Assembly: GCA_964572285.1 (NCBI GenBank)
Contig: CAZNEL010000001.1
Location: 1-58,808, forward strand
DNA length: 58,808 nucleotides
Direction: 5' to 3'
Source: an uncultured Dehalococcoidales bacterium
GTDB taxonomy: Bacteria; Chloroflexota; Dehalococcoidia; Dehalococcoidales; JAUVZE01
Under the pieces are notes generated by a model. The model did no database searches. It had not been told where the DNA came from and saw only the letters and a list, made by a program, of their open reading frames with translations. Below, piece by piece: positions 1-7,247 of the stretch. The position numbers and the translations under genes were made by a program. Position 1 is the stretch's first letter. Every line of letters starts with the position of its first letter.

Positions 1-568
1 CCCGGCTGAAGTCGATGTCGTTGCGCTCATACTGCATATCTACCAGCTGGCGGAGAATTTCGTGGCGAGGGCGGTTATCACCACGCTTGAGGCTACAGAC
101 AAAGCTGCGGTATTCCTCGGGTTCTCCCAGACCGTAAATACATGATACCGAGGCGACAATTACCACGTCGCGCCGCTCAAAGAGGGCACGGGTGGCGGCA
201 TGGCGTAGCTTGTCAATCTCTTCATTTATATCGGCGTCCTTCTCAATGTAGAGGTCGGTCTGAGGGAGATATGCCTCCGGCTGGTAGTAGTCGTAGTAGC
301 TGACGAAGTATTCTACGGCGTTATCGGGGAAGAAGTCCTTGAACTCGGAGCAGAGTTGAGCGGCAAGTGTCTTGTTGTGGCAGATGACCAGGGTAGGCCT
401 CTGCACGCGGGCAATAACATTAGCCATGGTGAAGGTCTTACCGCTCCCCGTAACCCCCAGTAGCGTCTGGTGCTTGAAATCTTTGTTTAAGCCTTTCACC
501 AGACCATCCACCGCCTGTGGCTGGTCACCGGTCATCTTAAAATCCGAGACTATTTCAAACTGTGGCAT
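1..568 (-). CDS. uvrB: Excinuclease ABC subunit B (UvrB), N-terminal part; gene continues past the left edge
   Basis: Own translation from ATG 568-566: [52 protein letters not shown]...[10 protein letters not shown]. It has the Walker A GSGKT and UvrB-typical motifs. Absent from the ORF track because it is open at the window edge. Confidence 0.93.
   Translation of the reverse strand, partial: MPQFEIVSDFKMTGDQPQAVDGLVKGLNKDFKHQTLLGVTGSGKTFTMANVIARVQRPTLVICHNKTLAAQLCSEFKDFFPDNAVEYFVSYYDYYQPEAYLPQTDLYIEKDADINEEIDKLRHAATRALFERRDVVIVASVSCIYGLGEPEEYRSFVCSLKRGDNRPRHEILRQLVDMQYERNDIDFSR
546..568. repeat. 23-bp direct repeat DR1, left copy (first 23 nt of the uvrB ORF; + strand GAGACTATTTCAAACTGTGGCAT)
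   Basis: Exact 23/23 match to 1430-1452, read directly from the sequence. Confidence 0.95.
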
Positions 569-598
569 GGTTTTTGTGTTAGGATACCTCCGTGAACA

Positions 599-1411
599 TC
601 AACCCGGCATTTTTTGAGAGCCCAAGTACATGCAAATTGCCCCGCAAGCCGCTACATTCAGCGATTCGGCCTTTTCCGGGATAGTGGGAATTCTTAACCG
701 GTAATCGGAGATGTTTAGCACTGCTTGTGACAGGCCAGCTGCTTCGTTGCCCAGTGCTAACAGGAGCTTATCCTGGCGGCAAAGAATTGACAGATTGTCC
801 GCACCCTTAAGCTCGGTGGCAACAAGGGAGTAGCCGTCTTTTTTCAGTGCCTCGGCGAGCTTAAGATAATGGCTGGTTCTTCTGAGCCACACCGATAATA
901 TTGTACCCGCCGTTGACTGAACACATTTCGGGGATAAGGGGTCGGCGGACTTTTCAGTTAGAATAACCCCGGAAAAATTGAAGGCAGCAGCAGTGCGGAT
1001 GAGGGAACCCACATTGCCGGGGTCCTGAATATCTTCGAGCAATAAGGTTTTGGTACCGATATTCTTCGGCAGATGCTCCGAGTACATGTCCCGAGGTAGA
1101 TGGACAACAGCCATAATTCCTTGGGGTGTCTTTGTGGAGCTGATTGAGTGAAACTGCCGCTCGGTAACAAAGCGGATAGAATAGTTGTGGAAGAGAGCCG
1201 GCGGCTTTTCTATCGTTAGAATTTCAATTATTTCATCTGGATGCAGGCTCATAGTTTGTCTAATGCCCCTATCGCCTTCGACAAGAAAGGCTCCGGCTTC
1301 AAGCCGACCTTTTGTGGTGGCCAGATTTTTATACCATTTGAGGGGTTTTAACGGAGTGGTTCTGCTATGCAATGGAGCCAACATTACCTCTTCACTCTTT
1401 CTATTATACAA
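599..1411 (-). CDS. SpoU/TrmH-family (SPOUT) RNA 2'-O-ribose methyltransferase
   Basis: 270-aa ORF with motifs LEDIQDPGNVGSLIRTAAAF, LGNEAAGL and IP..EKAESLNVAACGAI. The start is either TTG 1411 or ATG 1384 (MLAPL...). A TATAAT lies at 1403-1408 on the minus strand. Confidence 0.85.
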   Translation of the reverse strand: MYNRKSEEVMLAPLHSRTTPLKPLKWYKNLATTKGRLEAGAFLVEGDRGIRQTMSLHPDEIIEILTIEKPPALFHNYSIRFVTERQFHSISSTKTPQGIMAVVHLPRDMYSEHLPKNIGTKTLLLEDIQDPGNVGSLIRTAAAFNFSGVILTEKSADPLSPKCVQSTAGTILSVWLRRTSHYLKLAEALKKDGYSLVATELKGADNLSILCRQDKLLLALGNEAAGLSQAVLNISDYRLRIPTIPEKAESLNVAACGAICMYLGSQKMPG

Positions 1412-1429
1412 GGCATTAAGCTGAAATTG

Positions 1430-1452
1430 GAGACTATTTCAAACTGTGGCAT
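1430..1452. repeat. 23-bp direct repeat DR1, right copy (ghost uvrB start codon plus 7 codons)
   Basis: Identical to 546-568. On the minus strand it reads ATG CCA CAG TTT GAA ATA GTC TC, then diverges into a 22-codon ORF. Its TAA (1386-1384) overlaps ATG 1384 as TAATG. Confidence 0.95.
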
Positions 1453-1455
1453 ACT

Positions 1456-1494
1456 AATAGTATAGCTTTTAGGGGGTAATTTATCTACCTCACT
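1456..1494. repeat. ~40-bp direct repeat DR2, copy A; carries a minus-strand promoter-like TAGATA-N17-TATACT
   Basis: AATAGTATAGCT..GGGGGTAATTTATCTACCTCACT. The 12-nt and 23-nt blocks are identical to 2846-2885. The -10 is at 1459-1464 and the -35 at 1482-1487 (minus strand). Confidence 0.9.
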
Positions 1495-1498
1495 GTAA

Positions 1499-1514
1499 AG
1501 TGCCAACTGGCACT
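1499..1514. promoter_or_regulatory. Perfect dyad AGTGCCA-AC-TGGCACT abutting the -35 of the 1520-1548 promoter; candidate operator
   Basis: 7-bp arms read directly from the sequence. It sits 5 nt upstream of the TTGACA. Confidence 0.4.
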
Positions 1515-1519
1515 AAATA

Positions 1520-1548
1520 TTGACAGATGGCATGGATTGTGGTAACAT
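1520..1548 (+). promoter_or_regulatory. Sigma70-like promoter TTGACA-N17-TAACAT
   Basis: Hexamers at 1520-1525 and 1543-1548 with a 17-nt spacer. Lies ~55 nt upstream of the small ORF at 1605. Confidence 0.45.
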
Positions 1549-1604
1549 TATATTAACTGGAGCAGAACTGCTGTGGTTGTTAACTAATCAGGGGGCTGTA
1601 CAAG

Positions 1605-1778
1605 ATGGATGAGGAAGATGATATAAAAGAACAAGTCAGAAGCGAACTGGAGGGAATACACCAGCGAACCGCTGAGCTGGAAACCCTGATGGATAAGCGA
1701 AAGCACGCTGAAAAATGCTGGACGGAAGCGATGGCTATTCTGGTGGATAAGGTGGGTGCAAGAAAGGGTGGGGGGTAA
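1605..1778 (+). CDS. Hypothetical 57-aa acidic/coiled-coil small protein (below the ORF-track cutoff)
   Basis: Own translation: MDEEDDIKEQVRSELEGIHQRTAELETLMDKRKHAEKCWTEAMAILVDKVGARKGGG. A GGGGG run lies 10 nt upstream of the ATG and a promoter at 1520-1548. I recognise no homology. Confidence 0.3.
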   Translation: MDEEDDIKEQVRSELEGIHQRTAELETLMDKRKHAEKCWTEAMAILVDKVGARKGGG

Positions 1779-1869
1779 AGAGGGATACCAGCACTTCTTT
1801 ATAAAAATATCTCCTTTTCCATGTATCTTTGTCTAACTTGTCGTTAGTCGTTCTGGAGGATGGTTCTCA

Positions 1870-2817
1870 TTATTTCTTAACAAGCAAAAGCATGTTATCG
1901 GCCTTATTATTTAAAAATATTTCCACTTCGGTAAGGCCATTCTGCTTAATGTGTTTTCTTATTTGCTTCTCAGTATGTAGATAAGTGAAGCCCATGCGGA
2001 TAATTTCGCCGGCTGCCAATTTTATGCTACCTGGCTCGCACTGAATGGTAGTATCCCTGAGAATGCGTATCAGCTTTATTGTTCTAAATATATCCTCTCC
2101 CTTGCTCCCGATATTGATAAGATTGAGCTGGAAACTACAGTTTTCCGGGTTAAGGCCGCGCTGGGTTAAAGGAGAGATATTAAGTGCCACATTGGGTGGA
2201 TTGTGGTATGCCCTGTCAAATGACTCTTGAGCAAGCTTCTGTTGTTCCTTATCAGTGGGAAATAAGTGGCAGTCGAACAGGAATAAATCATCGGCTTCAA
2301 GCTGGTTATAAACGCTTGACAATAATGTATCGGGCTCATAGTTACAAAAATTATTACCTAATAAACATAAGAGAACGGGTGGCTTCCAGCATTGTCGTAG
2401 TAACGCTAGTTGTTTCAGGTTACCTACTATGCCTACTTTCTCAACATCCATATCAATTACCCTACTGAGTGCCACATCTACCAGCTCGCTACTAACGTCA
2501 ACCGGATAGTATTTTGGTGATAGACCTTGTCTGATTAAGGTCTCTACTAAAATCTGCTCCTTCTGTCCACTTCCCACGCCGATGCTGACTACATCAAACT
2601 TGTTTGAAATGTGTGATGCTATAGCATCTATGCTTTGCCGGAGCAAGTCAGTTAGTGACGTAGCTACTGTGAATTCTGCGGATTCATCGAGTGCAAGCCA
2701 GTTCTTACTTCCAGTGTCGCCAAGATATAAAAATTCGTCTGGCATTTCACGTCTAATAAGGCATTCGCAGAACTGCCTTTCAAGGTCTTTTTTGGTCAGA
2801 AGCTCAATTTTCTTCAA
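1870..2817 (-). CDS. SAM-dependent methyltransferase of the EgtD / Methyltransf_33 architecture (divergent)
   Basis: 315 aa, TTG start with AAGGAG 7 nt upstream. Block order parallels EgtD: IGVGSGQKEQILVETL, YYPVDVSSELV, LLGNNFCNYEP, LFLFDCHL, AYHNPPNVALN, GEIIRMGFTYLHTEKQIRKHIKQNGL. Confidence 0.6.
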   Translation of the reverse strand: MKKIELLTKKDLERQFCECLIRREMPDEFLYLGDTGSKNWLALDESAEFTVATSLTDLLRQSIDAIASHISNKFDVVSIGVGSGQKEQILVETLIRQGLSPKYYPVDVSSELVDVALSRVIDMDVEKVGIVGNLKQLALLRQCWKPPVLLCLLGNNFCNYEPDTLLSSVYNQLEADDLFLFDCHLFPTDKEQQKLAQESFDRAYHNPPNVALNISPLTQRGLNPENCSFQLNLINIGSKGEDIFRTIKLIRILRDTTIQCEPGSIKLAAGEIIRMGFTYLHTEKQIRKHIKQNGLTEVEIFLNNKADNMLLLVKK

Positions 2818-2845
2818 CTATACTCCTTACTCAAAAAATGTTCTA

Positions 2846-2885
2846 AATAGTATAGCTGCTGGGGGGGTAATTTATCTACCTCACT
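2846..2885. repeat. ~40-bp direct repeat DR2, copy B; minus-strand TAGATA-N18-TATACT upstream of the EgtD-like gene
   Basis: Matches 1456-1494. The -10 is at 2849-2854 and the -35 at 2873-2878 (minus strand). Confidence 0.9.
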
Positions 2886-2926
2886 CCCTTTATCCCCCTC
2901 TCCTTCAAAGGAAAGGGGGAGGGAAT

Positions 2927-2951
2927 AAAAAAGAGAGGCGAAGCCTCTCTT
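2927..2951 (-). terminator. Intrinsic terminator downstream of the DUF3800 gene
   Basis: Perfect hairpin GAGAGGC-GAA-GCCTCTC (2933-2949), extendable by A-T pairs. On the minus strand it is followed by TTTTTT (A-run 2927-2932 on +). Lies 43 nt after the stop at 2993. Confidence 0.75.
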
Positions 2952-2992
2952 TGACTCTCTTTTCTGTGGAGAAGGGGATACAGGGGATGGGG

Positions 2993-3805
2993 TTACAACA
3001 GGCAAGACGGCGCATAGCGACGGAAAAGGTCGGCACAGGTACACCGCCCCTTTGACAAATAAATTGCTGATTTGTCGATTGACTGTGCTAAGGCAGTCAT
3101 CGCCCATCCTTCGATACGGCTTGGCTCATCTTCATAGTCTGACGGAATGCCCATTTGAATCTCAATGTGCTTACGTAGAAAGAAGCTTACAAAATCAGCA
3201 ACTTGGATGAGACCGACATGACGAGAATCTCCGAAGTATGGTACGTCTATTAGCTGGTCGAGTCGATATGGCTTTTGATTATAACGGTAATAAGTGTCTG
3301 TCCACTCGGGTGGGTTTCTTATAAGTTTTATGAGTGCATCAGCCTCTGACTTTTTGTGGTCGAATATTAAGACGGTATGCCCCTTATTTCGCTCAAACAA
3401 GCTGGAATGCTTTTGTATGGCAAGACAAATGTGAAGAGCCATAAAGCGCCACGGAGTACCTATATCATTGGCGTGTGGCTCCTTATTAAACTCAGAAATG
3501 AACTTTTCTTTATCCACGGCAGAATAGACAAGCTTGTGATTTCGTTTGATGAGCCAGTCGAATATAATGCTGATTATTCTTGCGCGCTTGTCGCCAGGTA
3601 TAGCACGCCATGGGCCATTTCCCGCATAGAAATCAGAGGTATGAATCTCTAGCAATGGCTTTCCTATTATTTGTGATAAGGCTCCGAGAAGTTCTACCCA
3701 ATCTTTTTTGGTCACGCGCATTCGGTAAGCATCTGCAATTATACCGACCATTACTGCGTATGGTTCACTACCAGTGCCACTCTCATCTAGATAGCAAAAC
3801 TTCAT
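2993..3805 (-). CDS. DUF3800-like protein
   Basis: 270 aa. N-terminal YLDESGT motif and C-terminal IQVADFV (QxxD-type) motif, as I recall for DUF3800. No catalytic assignment. Confidence 0.6.
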   Translation of the reverse strand: MKFCYLDESGTGSEPYAVMVGIIADAYRMRVTKKDWVELLGALSQIIGKPLLEIHTSDFYAGNGPWRAIPGDKRARIISIIFDWLIKRNHKLVYSAVDKEKFISEFNKEPHANDIGTPWRFMALHICLAIQKHSSLFERNKGHTVLIFDHKKSEADALIKLIRNPPEWTDTYYRYNQKPYRLDQLIDVPYFGDSRHVGLIQVADFVSFFLRKHIEIQMGIPSDYEDEPSRIEGWAMTALAQSIDKSAIYLSKGRCTCADLFRRYAPSCLL

Positions 3806-3806
3806 A

Positions 3807-3831
3807 TCTACACCACTTATTCAGGTGTAGA
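3807..3831 (-). promoter_or_regulatory. 8-bp hairpin covering the micro-ORF stop codon and the initiation region of the DUF3800 gene
   Basis: TCTACACC (3807-3814) pairs with GGTGTAGA (3824-3831) around a 9-nt loop. The loop contains the TAA of ORF 3817-3936. The 3' arm on the mRNA (GGUGUAGA) ends 1 nt before AUG 3805. Confidence 0.45.
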
Positions 3832-3936
3832 CCTACGGTGAGTCCTCACTGGGACTTTCTTATAGGTCCCATCTGTCTTGGCTCTCTTGTGTTCACGCAC
3901 ATGAACAATCTTTTTACCATCACTTGTTTTAGCCAA
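3817..3936 (-). CDS. Hypothetical 39-aa highly basic micro-protein (not in the ORF track)
   Basis: Own translation, TTG start: (M)AKTSDGKKIVHVREHKRAKTDGTYKKVPVRTHRRSTPE. GGAGGTG lies 6 nt upstream of the TTG. The start is 3 nt after the TGA of the upstream DUF296 gene. Confidence 0.5.
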   Translation of the reverse strand: MAKTSDGKKIVHVREHKRAKTDGTYKKVPVRTHRRSTPE

Positions 3937-3939
3937 TCC

Positions 3940-4380
3940 TCACACCTCCAGCAAATTAAACCCGCTTTCTTTGTCTGGGAGGCGTCTGGCGTTAGTGCCG
4001 GTGATTTCATATATGATGGCTTCGCCTACCAGCCAGGTCTTTACTCCGGGGCGCAGGCAGCCGGTTAGTGTATGCCCGGAGCGTCCGAGGGAGGCGTGTA
4101 TATGTAAAATTGGTTTTCCATCTTCGTTAGGGGCAAGTATACCCACTCCCGCTACCTCATGGGCGCCATCAACGGAGAGTAGCATGGGTTGGGGAGGTTT
4201 CTCATCTGAATCCTTGGGGCCAACGACAACCTCACCGCTTCCGATTCCCCCCACCAGAATGACATGTCCTGCGGATATTCCCTGCTCCTCAGCGAAACGC
4301 TCAATACATCTGGGTAGCACATCACCATCCTCAAGCCGTACAACAAAGACTCGCCCGATATGCCCTTCACTTGCTTTCAT
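3940..4380 (-). CDS. PPC/DUF296-domain protein
   Basis: 146 aa. GRVFVVRLEDGDVL...GAHEVAGVGIL...ILHIHASLG pattern typical of the DUF296 (PPC) fold. AGGAG lies 8 nt upstream, and the gene starts 13 nt after ruvA. Confidence 0.65.
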   Translation of the reverse strand: MKASEGHIGRVFVVRLEDGDVLPRCIERFAEEQGISAGHVILVGGIGSGEVVVGPKDSDEKPPQPMLLSVDGAHEVAGVGILAPNEDGKPILHIHASLGRSGHTLTGCLRPGVKTWLVGEAIIYEITGTNARRLPDKESGFNLLEV

Positions 4381-4393
4381 TACCAGTCTCCTT

Positions 4394-4978
4394 TTACTTC
4401 CCCCCCAAATACCCTAGTGCCAGCTTTATCTTTTCCTCAAGGCTAATATCAGGTGACGGAGAGAGGGTGGCTAAGGCCTGGGTGGCTTCGGCTACGGAGT
4501 AACCGAGGGAGGTCAGGGCAGCTAAAACATCGGTGTTTTCTTGGGCCAGCTGGGCTGTGGGGGTAGCTATTAAGCCAGCGCCTATTTTCTCTTTAAGCTC
4601 CAGGATAATACGGCTAGCCATCTTTTTGCCTACACCCGGAACTGTGGTCAGTATTTCGGTACTGCCGGTAGCAATCGCCATAACTAGCTGCTCGATCTTC
4701 AAGGTGGAAAGCATCGCCAGCGCCAGCTTGGGGCCTAACCCGGATACACTAATCAGGGTTTGAAAAAGCCCCAGCTCATCAGACGTGGCAAAACCGTAAA
4801 GGGTGGCGTTATCTTCTCTAAGGTGAAAGTGGGTGTGTAATTTGACCTCTTTCCCAACGGTGCCCAGTGTGCTTAGGGTGGAGGTGGGCATATATACCTG
4901 AAAACCCACGCCACCAACATTAATGATTGCCCACTCACTGCCGATTGAATCTAGTTTACCATTCAGGCTGGCTATCAT
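4394..4978 (-). CDS. ruvA: Holliday junction branch migration complex subunit RuvA
   Basis: 194 aa with helix-hairpin-helix GVGKKMASRIILELK, immediately downstream of ruvC. Confidence 0.92.
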   Translation of the reverse strand: MIASLNGKLDSIGSEWAIINVGGVGFQVYMPTSTLSTLGTVGKEVKLHTHFHLREDNATLYGFATSDELGLFQTLISVSGLGPKLALAMLSTLKIEQLVMAIATGSTEILTTVPGVGKKMASRIILELKEKIGAGLIATPTAQLAQENTDVLAALTSLGYSVAEATQALATLSPSPDISLEEKIKLALGYLGGK

Positions 4979-4988
4979 TGTCTCTCCT

Positions 4989-5483
4989 TTATTGCCTGGC
5001 CAGCAGACTATTCAGGTGCATCTCCTGTTGATGGCAGATGGCTACTGCCAGGGCATCAGCAGCATCATTGGGCTGCGGCACTTCAGTTAACTCCAACTGG
5101 AGTTTGACCATCTCCTGGATTTGCTCCTTAGAACTAGCCCCGTAATTGGCCACTCGTTGCTTTACCTGAGCGGGTGTATACTCATAGACTGGGATTTGGC
5201 AGGTGGCTGCTGCTAGAATGGCTATTGCTTGAGCCCTGCCTATTGCCATTGCTGCTTTGACATTCTGGGCAATAAATGGTTGCTCTACTGCTACGGCGTC
5301 AGGGTGGTGTTGAGCGATTATTTCTAAGATTGCCTGGTAAAAGAAACTCAAACGCTCCCCAATCGGGGAGTGGGTTTTGGCATTTATGACGCCATAGCTA
5401 ACCGGGGTTATCCTGTCCTCATTAGCCTCTATAATCCCATAGCCCATATTTCTTGTGCCAGGGTCAATACCTAATATTCTCAT
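4989..5483 (-). CDS. ruvC: Crossover junction endodeoxyribonuclease RuvC
   Basis: 164 aa. MRILGIDPGTRNMGYG N-terminus and DAADALAVAICH C-terminal motif. Confidence 0.93.
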   Translation of the reverse strand: MRILGIDPGTRNMGYGIIEANEDRITPVSYGVINAKTHSPIGERLSFFYQAILEIIAQHHPDAVAVEQPFIAQNVKAAMAIGRAQAIAILAAATCQIPVYEYTPAQVKQRVANYGASSKEQIQEMVKLQLELTEVPQPNDAADALAVAICHQQEMHLNSLLARQ

Positions 5484-5513
5484 GATATTGTTAAGCGAGA
5501 TGATTCAGCTAAA

Positions 5514-6269
5514 TTATGTAGACTGGTTATATTTCTCAAAAATTTCTTCGGGAAAATCAGCGTTGCTAGTAACATTCTGCACTTCGTCTAATTCCTCTAA
5601 TTTATCCAGCATTTTCAGTGTGGTCAGTGCTGCCTTTTCCTCAAGCGCAACCATAGTTTTAGATATCTTAATCATGTCGGAAGAAGCTATGGGCAGTTTT
5701 TGTTCCTCTATAAATGCCCTCACTTTTTCCATATCTTCGGGCTTGGTGTAAATTTCCATGTAGTCGCCTTCTGCCTTAATATCGTCAGCACCAGCATCTA
5801 TGGCTTGCAGCTCAAATTCCTCGACATCTAAATTAGCGATGGGAATGGTAATCAGACCCTTGGATTCAAAGAGCCAGGCAACACAGCCGCTTTCTCCCAG
5901 GGAACTGCCGTGACGGGAGAATATGTTCCTGACATCCTGTAGGGTCCGGTTACGGTTATCACTTAGTGCCTGTACCAGGATAGCCGTTCCGCCAGGTCCA
6001 TAGCCTTCAAGAACCATCTCTACTAGGGTGGTGCCTTCTAGCGTACCACTACCCCGTTTAATAGCCCGTTCTATGTTCTCCTGGGGCATGCTGGCATCGC
6101 GGGCTTTTTGTATTGCTAATCGTAGACGAAAGTTTGCGTCAGTGTTACTGCCGCTCTCGCGCACGGCTATGATAATCTCTCTGGTTAACTTGGTGAAGAG
6201 CTGACCTCGCCGGGCGTCGGTTATTGCCTTTTGATGTTTAATTGATGACCACTTAGAATGTCCTGACAT
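5514..6269 (-). CDS. yebC: YebC/PmpR-family transcriptional regulator
   Basis: 251 aa with the MSGHSKWSSIKHQKA hallmark N-terminus. Confidence 0.92.
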   Translation of the reverse strand: MSGHSKWSSIKHQKAITDARRGQLFTKLTREIIIAVRESGSNTDANFRLRLAIQKARDASMPQENIERAIKRGSGTLEGTTLVEMVLEGYGPGGTAILVQALSDNRNRTLQDVRNIFSRHGSSLGESGCVAWLFESKGLITIPIANLDVEEFELQAIDAGADDIKAEGDYMEIYTKPEDMEKVRAFIEEQKLPIASSDMIKISKTMVALEEKAALTTLKMLDKLEELDEVQNVTSNADFPEEIFEKYNQST

Positions 6270-6301
6270 TTCCAGTTCTCCTTAGCCAGTTACCTCTTTT
6301 A

Positions 6302-6310
6302 ATTTTAACA
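6302..6310 (-). promoter_or_regulatory. Extended -10 element TGTTAAAAT upstream of yebC-ruvCA
   Basis: Reverse complement of ATTTTAACA at 6302-6310, 33 nt upstream of ATG 6269. AAGGAG lies in between. Confidence 0.45.
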
Positions 6311-6371
6311 CGGGATGCTCTAATGGGTAAAGTTGGATTATTGGTGAAGTAATTAAAAGTAGGAGAACAGG

Positions 6372-6737
6372 TTATCCAGTCTCTCCGATGACCATGGCAA
6401 TAGCGTATTCTCTGGAGTGGGAAAGGCTGATGACGATTTCTTTTAGCCCGAGTTTCTCAGCCACAACTTGGGCTCTACCATAAAGATTGACTAAAGGTTT
6501 ACCACTGGGGTGAGAGAGTGTTTCAATATCTTTCCAGCTAACGCCCCTGGCGCCTGTTCCCAGGAGTTTCATTACCGCTTCTTTGCTAGCAAAGCGGGCA
6601 GCTAGTGCCGACGGGTTCCTGCGGCATAGCTTAAGCTCAGCATCAGTATATATTCGGTTCAAGAAGTGTTCTCCCCAGTTAGTTACCGCCTCTTCAATGC
6701 GGGTTATTTCTATTATATCTACGCCGATATGCTGCAT
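6372..6737 (-). CDS. acpS: Holo-[acyl-carrier-protein] synthase
   Basis: 121 aa with GVDIIEITRI and SLSHSREYA motifs. Confidence 0.9.
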   Translation of the reverse strand: MQHIGVDIIEITRIEEAVTNWGEHFLNRIYTDAELKLCRRNPSALAARFASKEAVMKLLGTGARGVSWKDIETLSHPSGKPLVNLYGRAQVVAEKLGLKEIVISLSHSREYAIAMVIGETG

Positions 6738-6740
6738 TTA

Positions 6741-7247
6741 CTACTCTTGCGATGATGGTATTCGGTTATCTTGTTGAAGGTTAATCTCCTTGAGAATAAT
6801 GTTTACTATTTCCGGCACTTTGTGCTGTAACTCAGCAGAAAGCTCTGTTCCCCAGCCTATCTCCTTGGGTTCAACACCGATAATGGTTGTCTCTCTCGGC
6901 TGGTTTTCCATTAACTTCATCATTTCCAGGCTTTTCTCTAGACCTAGCTCGTGGGCTGAAACCGTTTCACCGGATTCTATATCAATATCGTGGGGGTGAA
7001 ATCGGTAAACTGTCCCCGGCTTGCTCCCGCCTTTCACAGCATCAATAATAACTAGTTTATCGGTACTGTTAAGGTAGTATGGTAAATCTGGAGAAGTACC
7101 TCCGTCAATTATTTTGATGTCTGGCGGTATATCCCTTTGCTGTAGGGCACGGACAATATGGATACCTATCCCCTCGTCTTTGAGCAGTAGATTCCCCACC
7201 CCGACAATGGCAATCCTAGTTTTAGGCTCATCCATATTGTTCAACAT
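6741..7247 (-). CDS. Hydrogenase maturation endopeptidase (HyaD/HybD/FrhD family)
   Basis: 168 aa. VGNLLLKDEGIG, IIDGG, and SAHELG motifs. Overlaps the hypE end by 7 nt. Confidence 0.85.
   Translation of the reverse strand: MLNNMDEPKTRIAIVGVGNLLLKDEGIGIHIVRALQQRDIPPDIKIIDGGTSPDLPYYLNSTDKLVIIDAVKGGSKPGTVYRFHPHDIDIESGETVSAHELGLEKSLEMMKLMENQPRETTIIGVEPKEIGWGTELSAELQHKVPEIVNIILKEINLQQDNRIPSSQE

Noticed and set aside
372-617. Track ORFs nested antisense or out of frame inside well-supported genes. Examples: 372-617, 958-1170, 1185-1424, 2045-2468, 3377-4068, 3971-4417, 8296-9284, 10023-12550, 16471-18280, 29530-30063, 39180-40286, 57111-57812.
   Set aside because: They overlap genes with clear family motifs. 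Their translations are low-complexity (Ser/Pro/Leu/Arg-rich), with no SD sequences or recognisable motifs. This is typical shadow-ORF behaviour.
1508-1525. Sigma-54-like TGGCAC element (also TGGCAC at 13513-13518).
   Set aside because: The downstream -12 element is absent or mis-spaced (TTGA one nt off at 1520s; CCGC at 13524). At 1499-1514 the TGGCAC is simply half of a perfect dyad.
2896-2923. Plus-strand-specific hairpin CCCTCTCCTT-N8-AGGGGGAGGG (with two G-U pairs) next to the DUF3800 terminator.
   Set aside because: There is no plus-strand gene upstream to terminate, and on the minus strand the G-U pairs become C-A mismatches. It may just be polypurine/polypyrimidine filler at the cassette junction, so I did not call it a feature.
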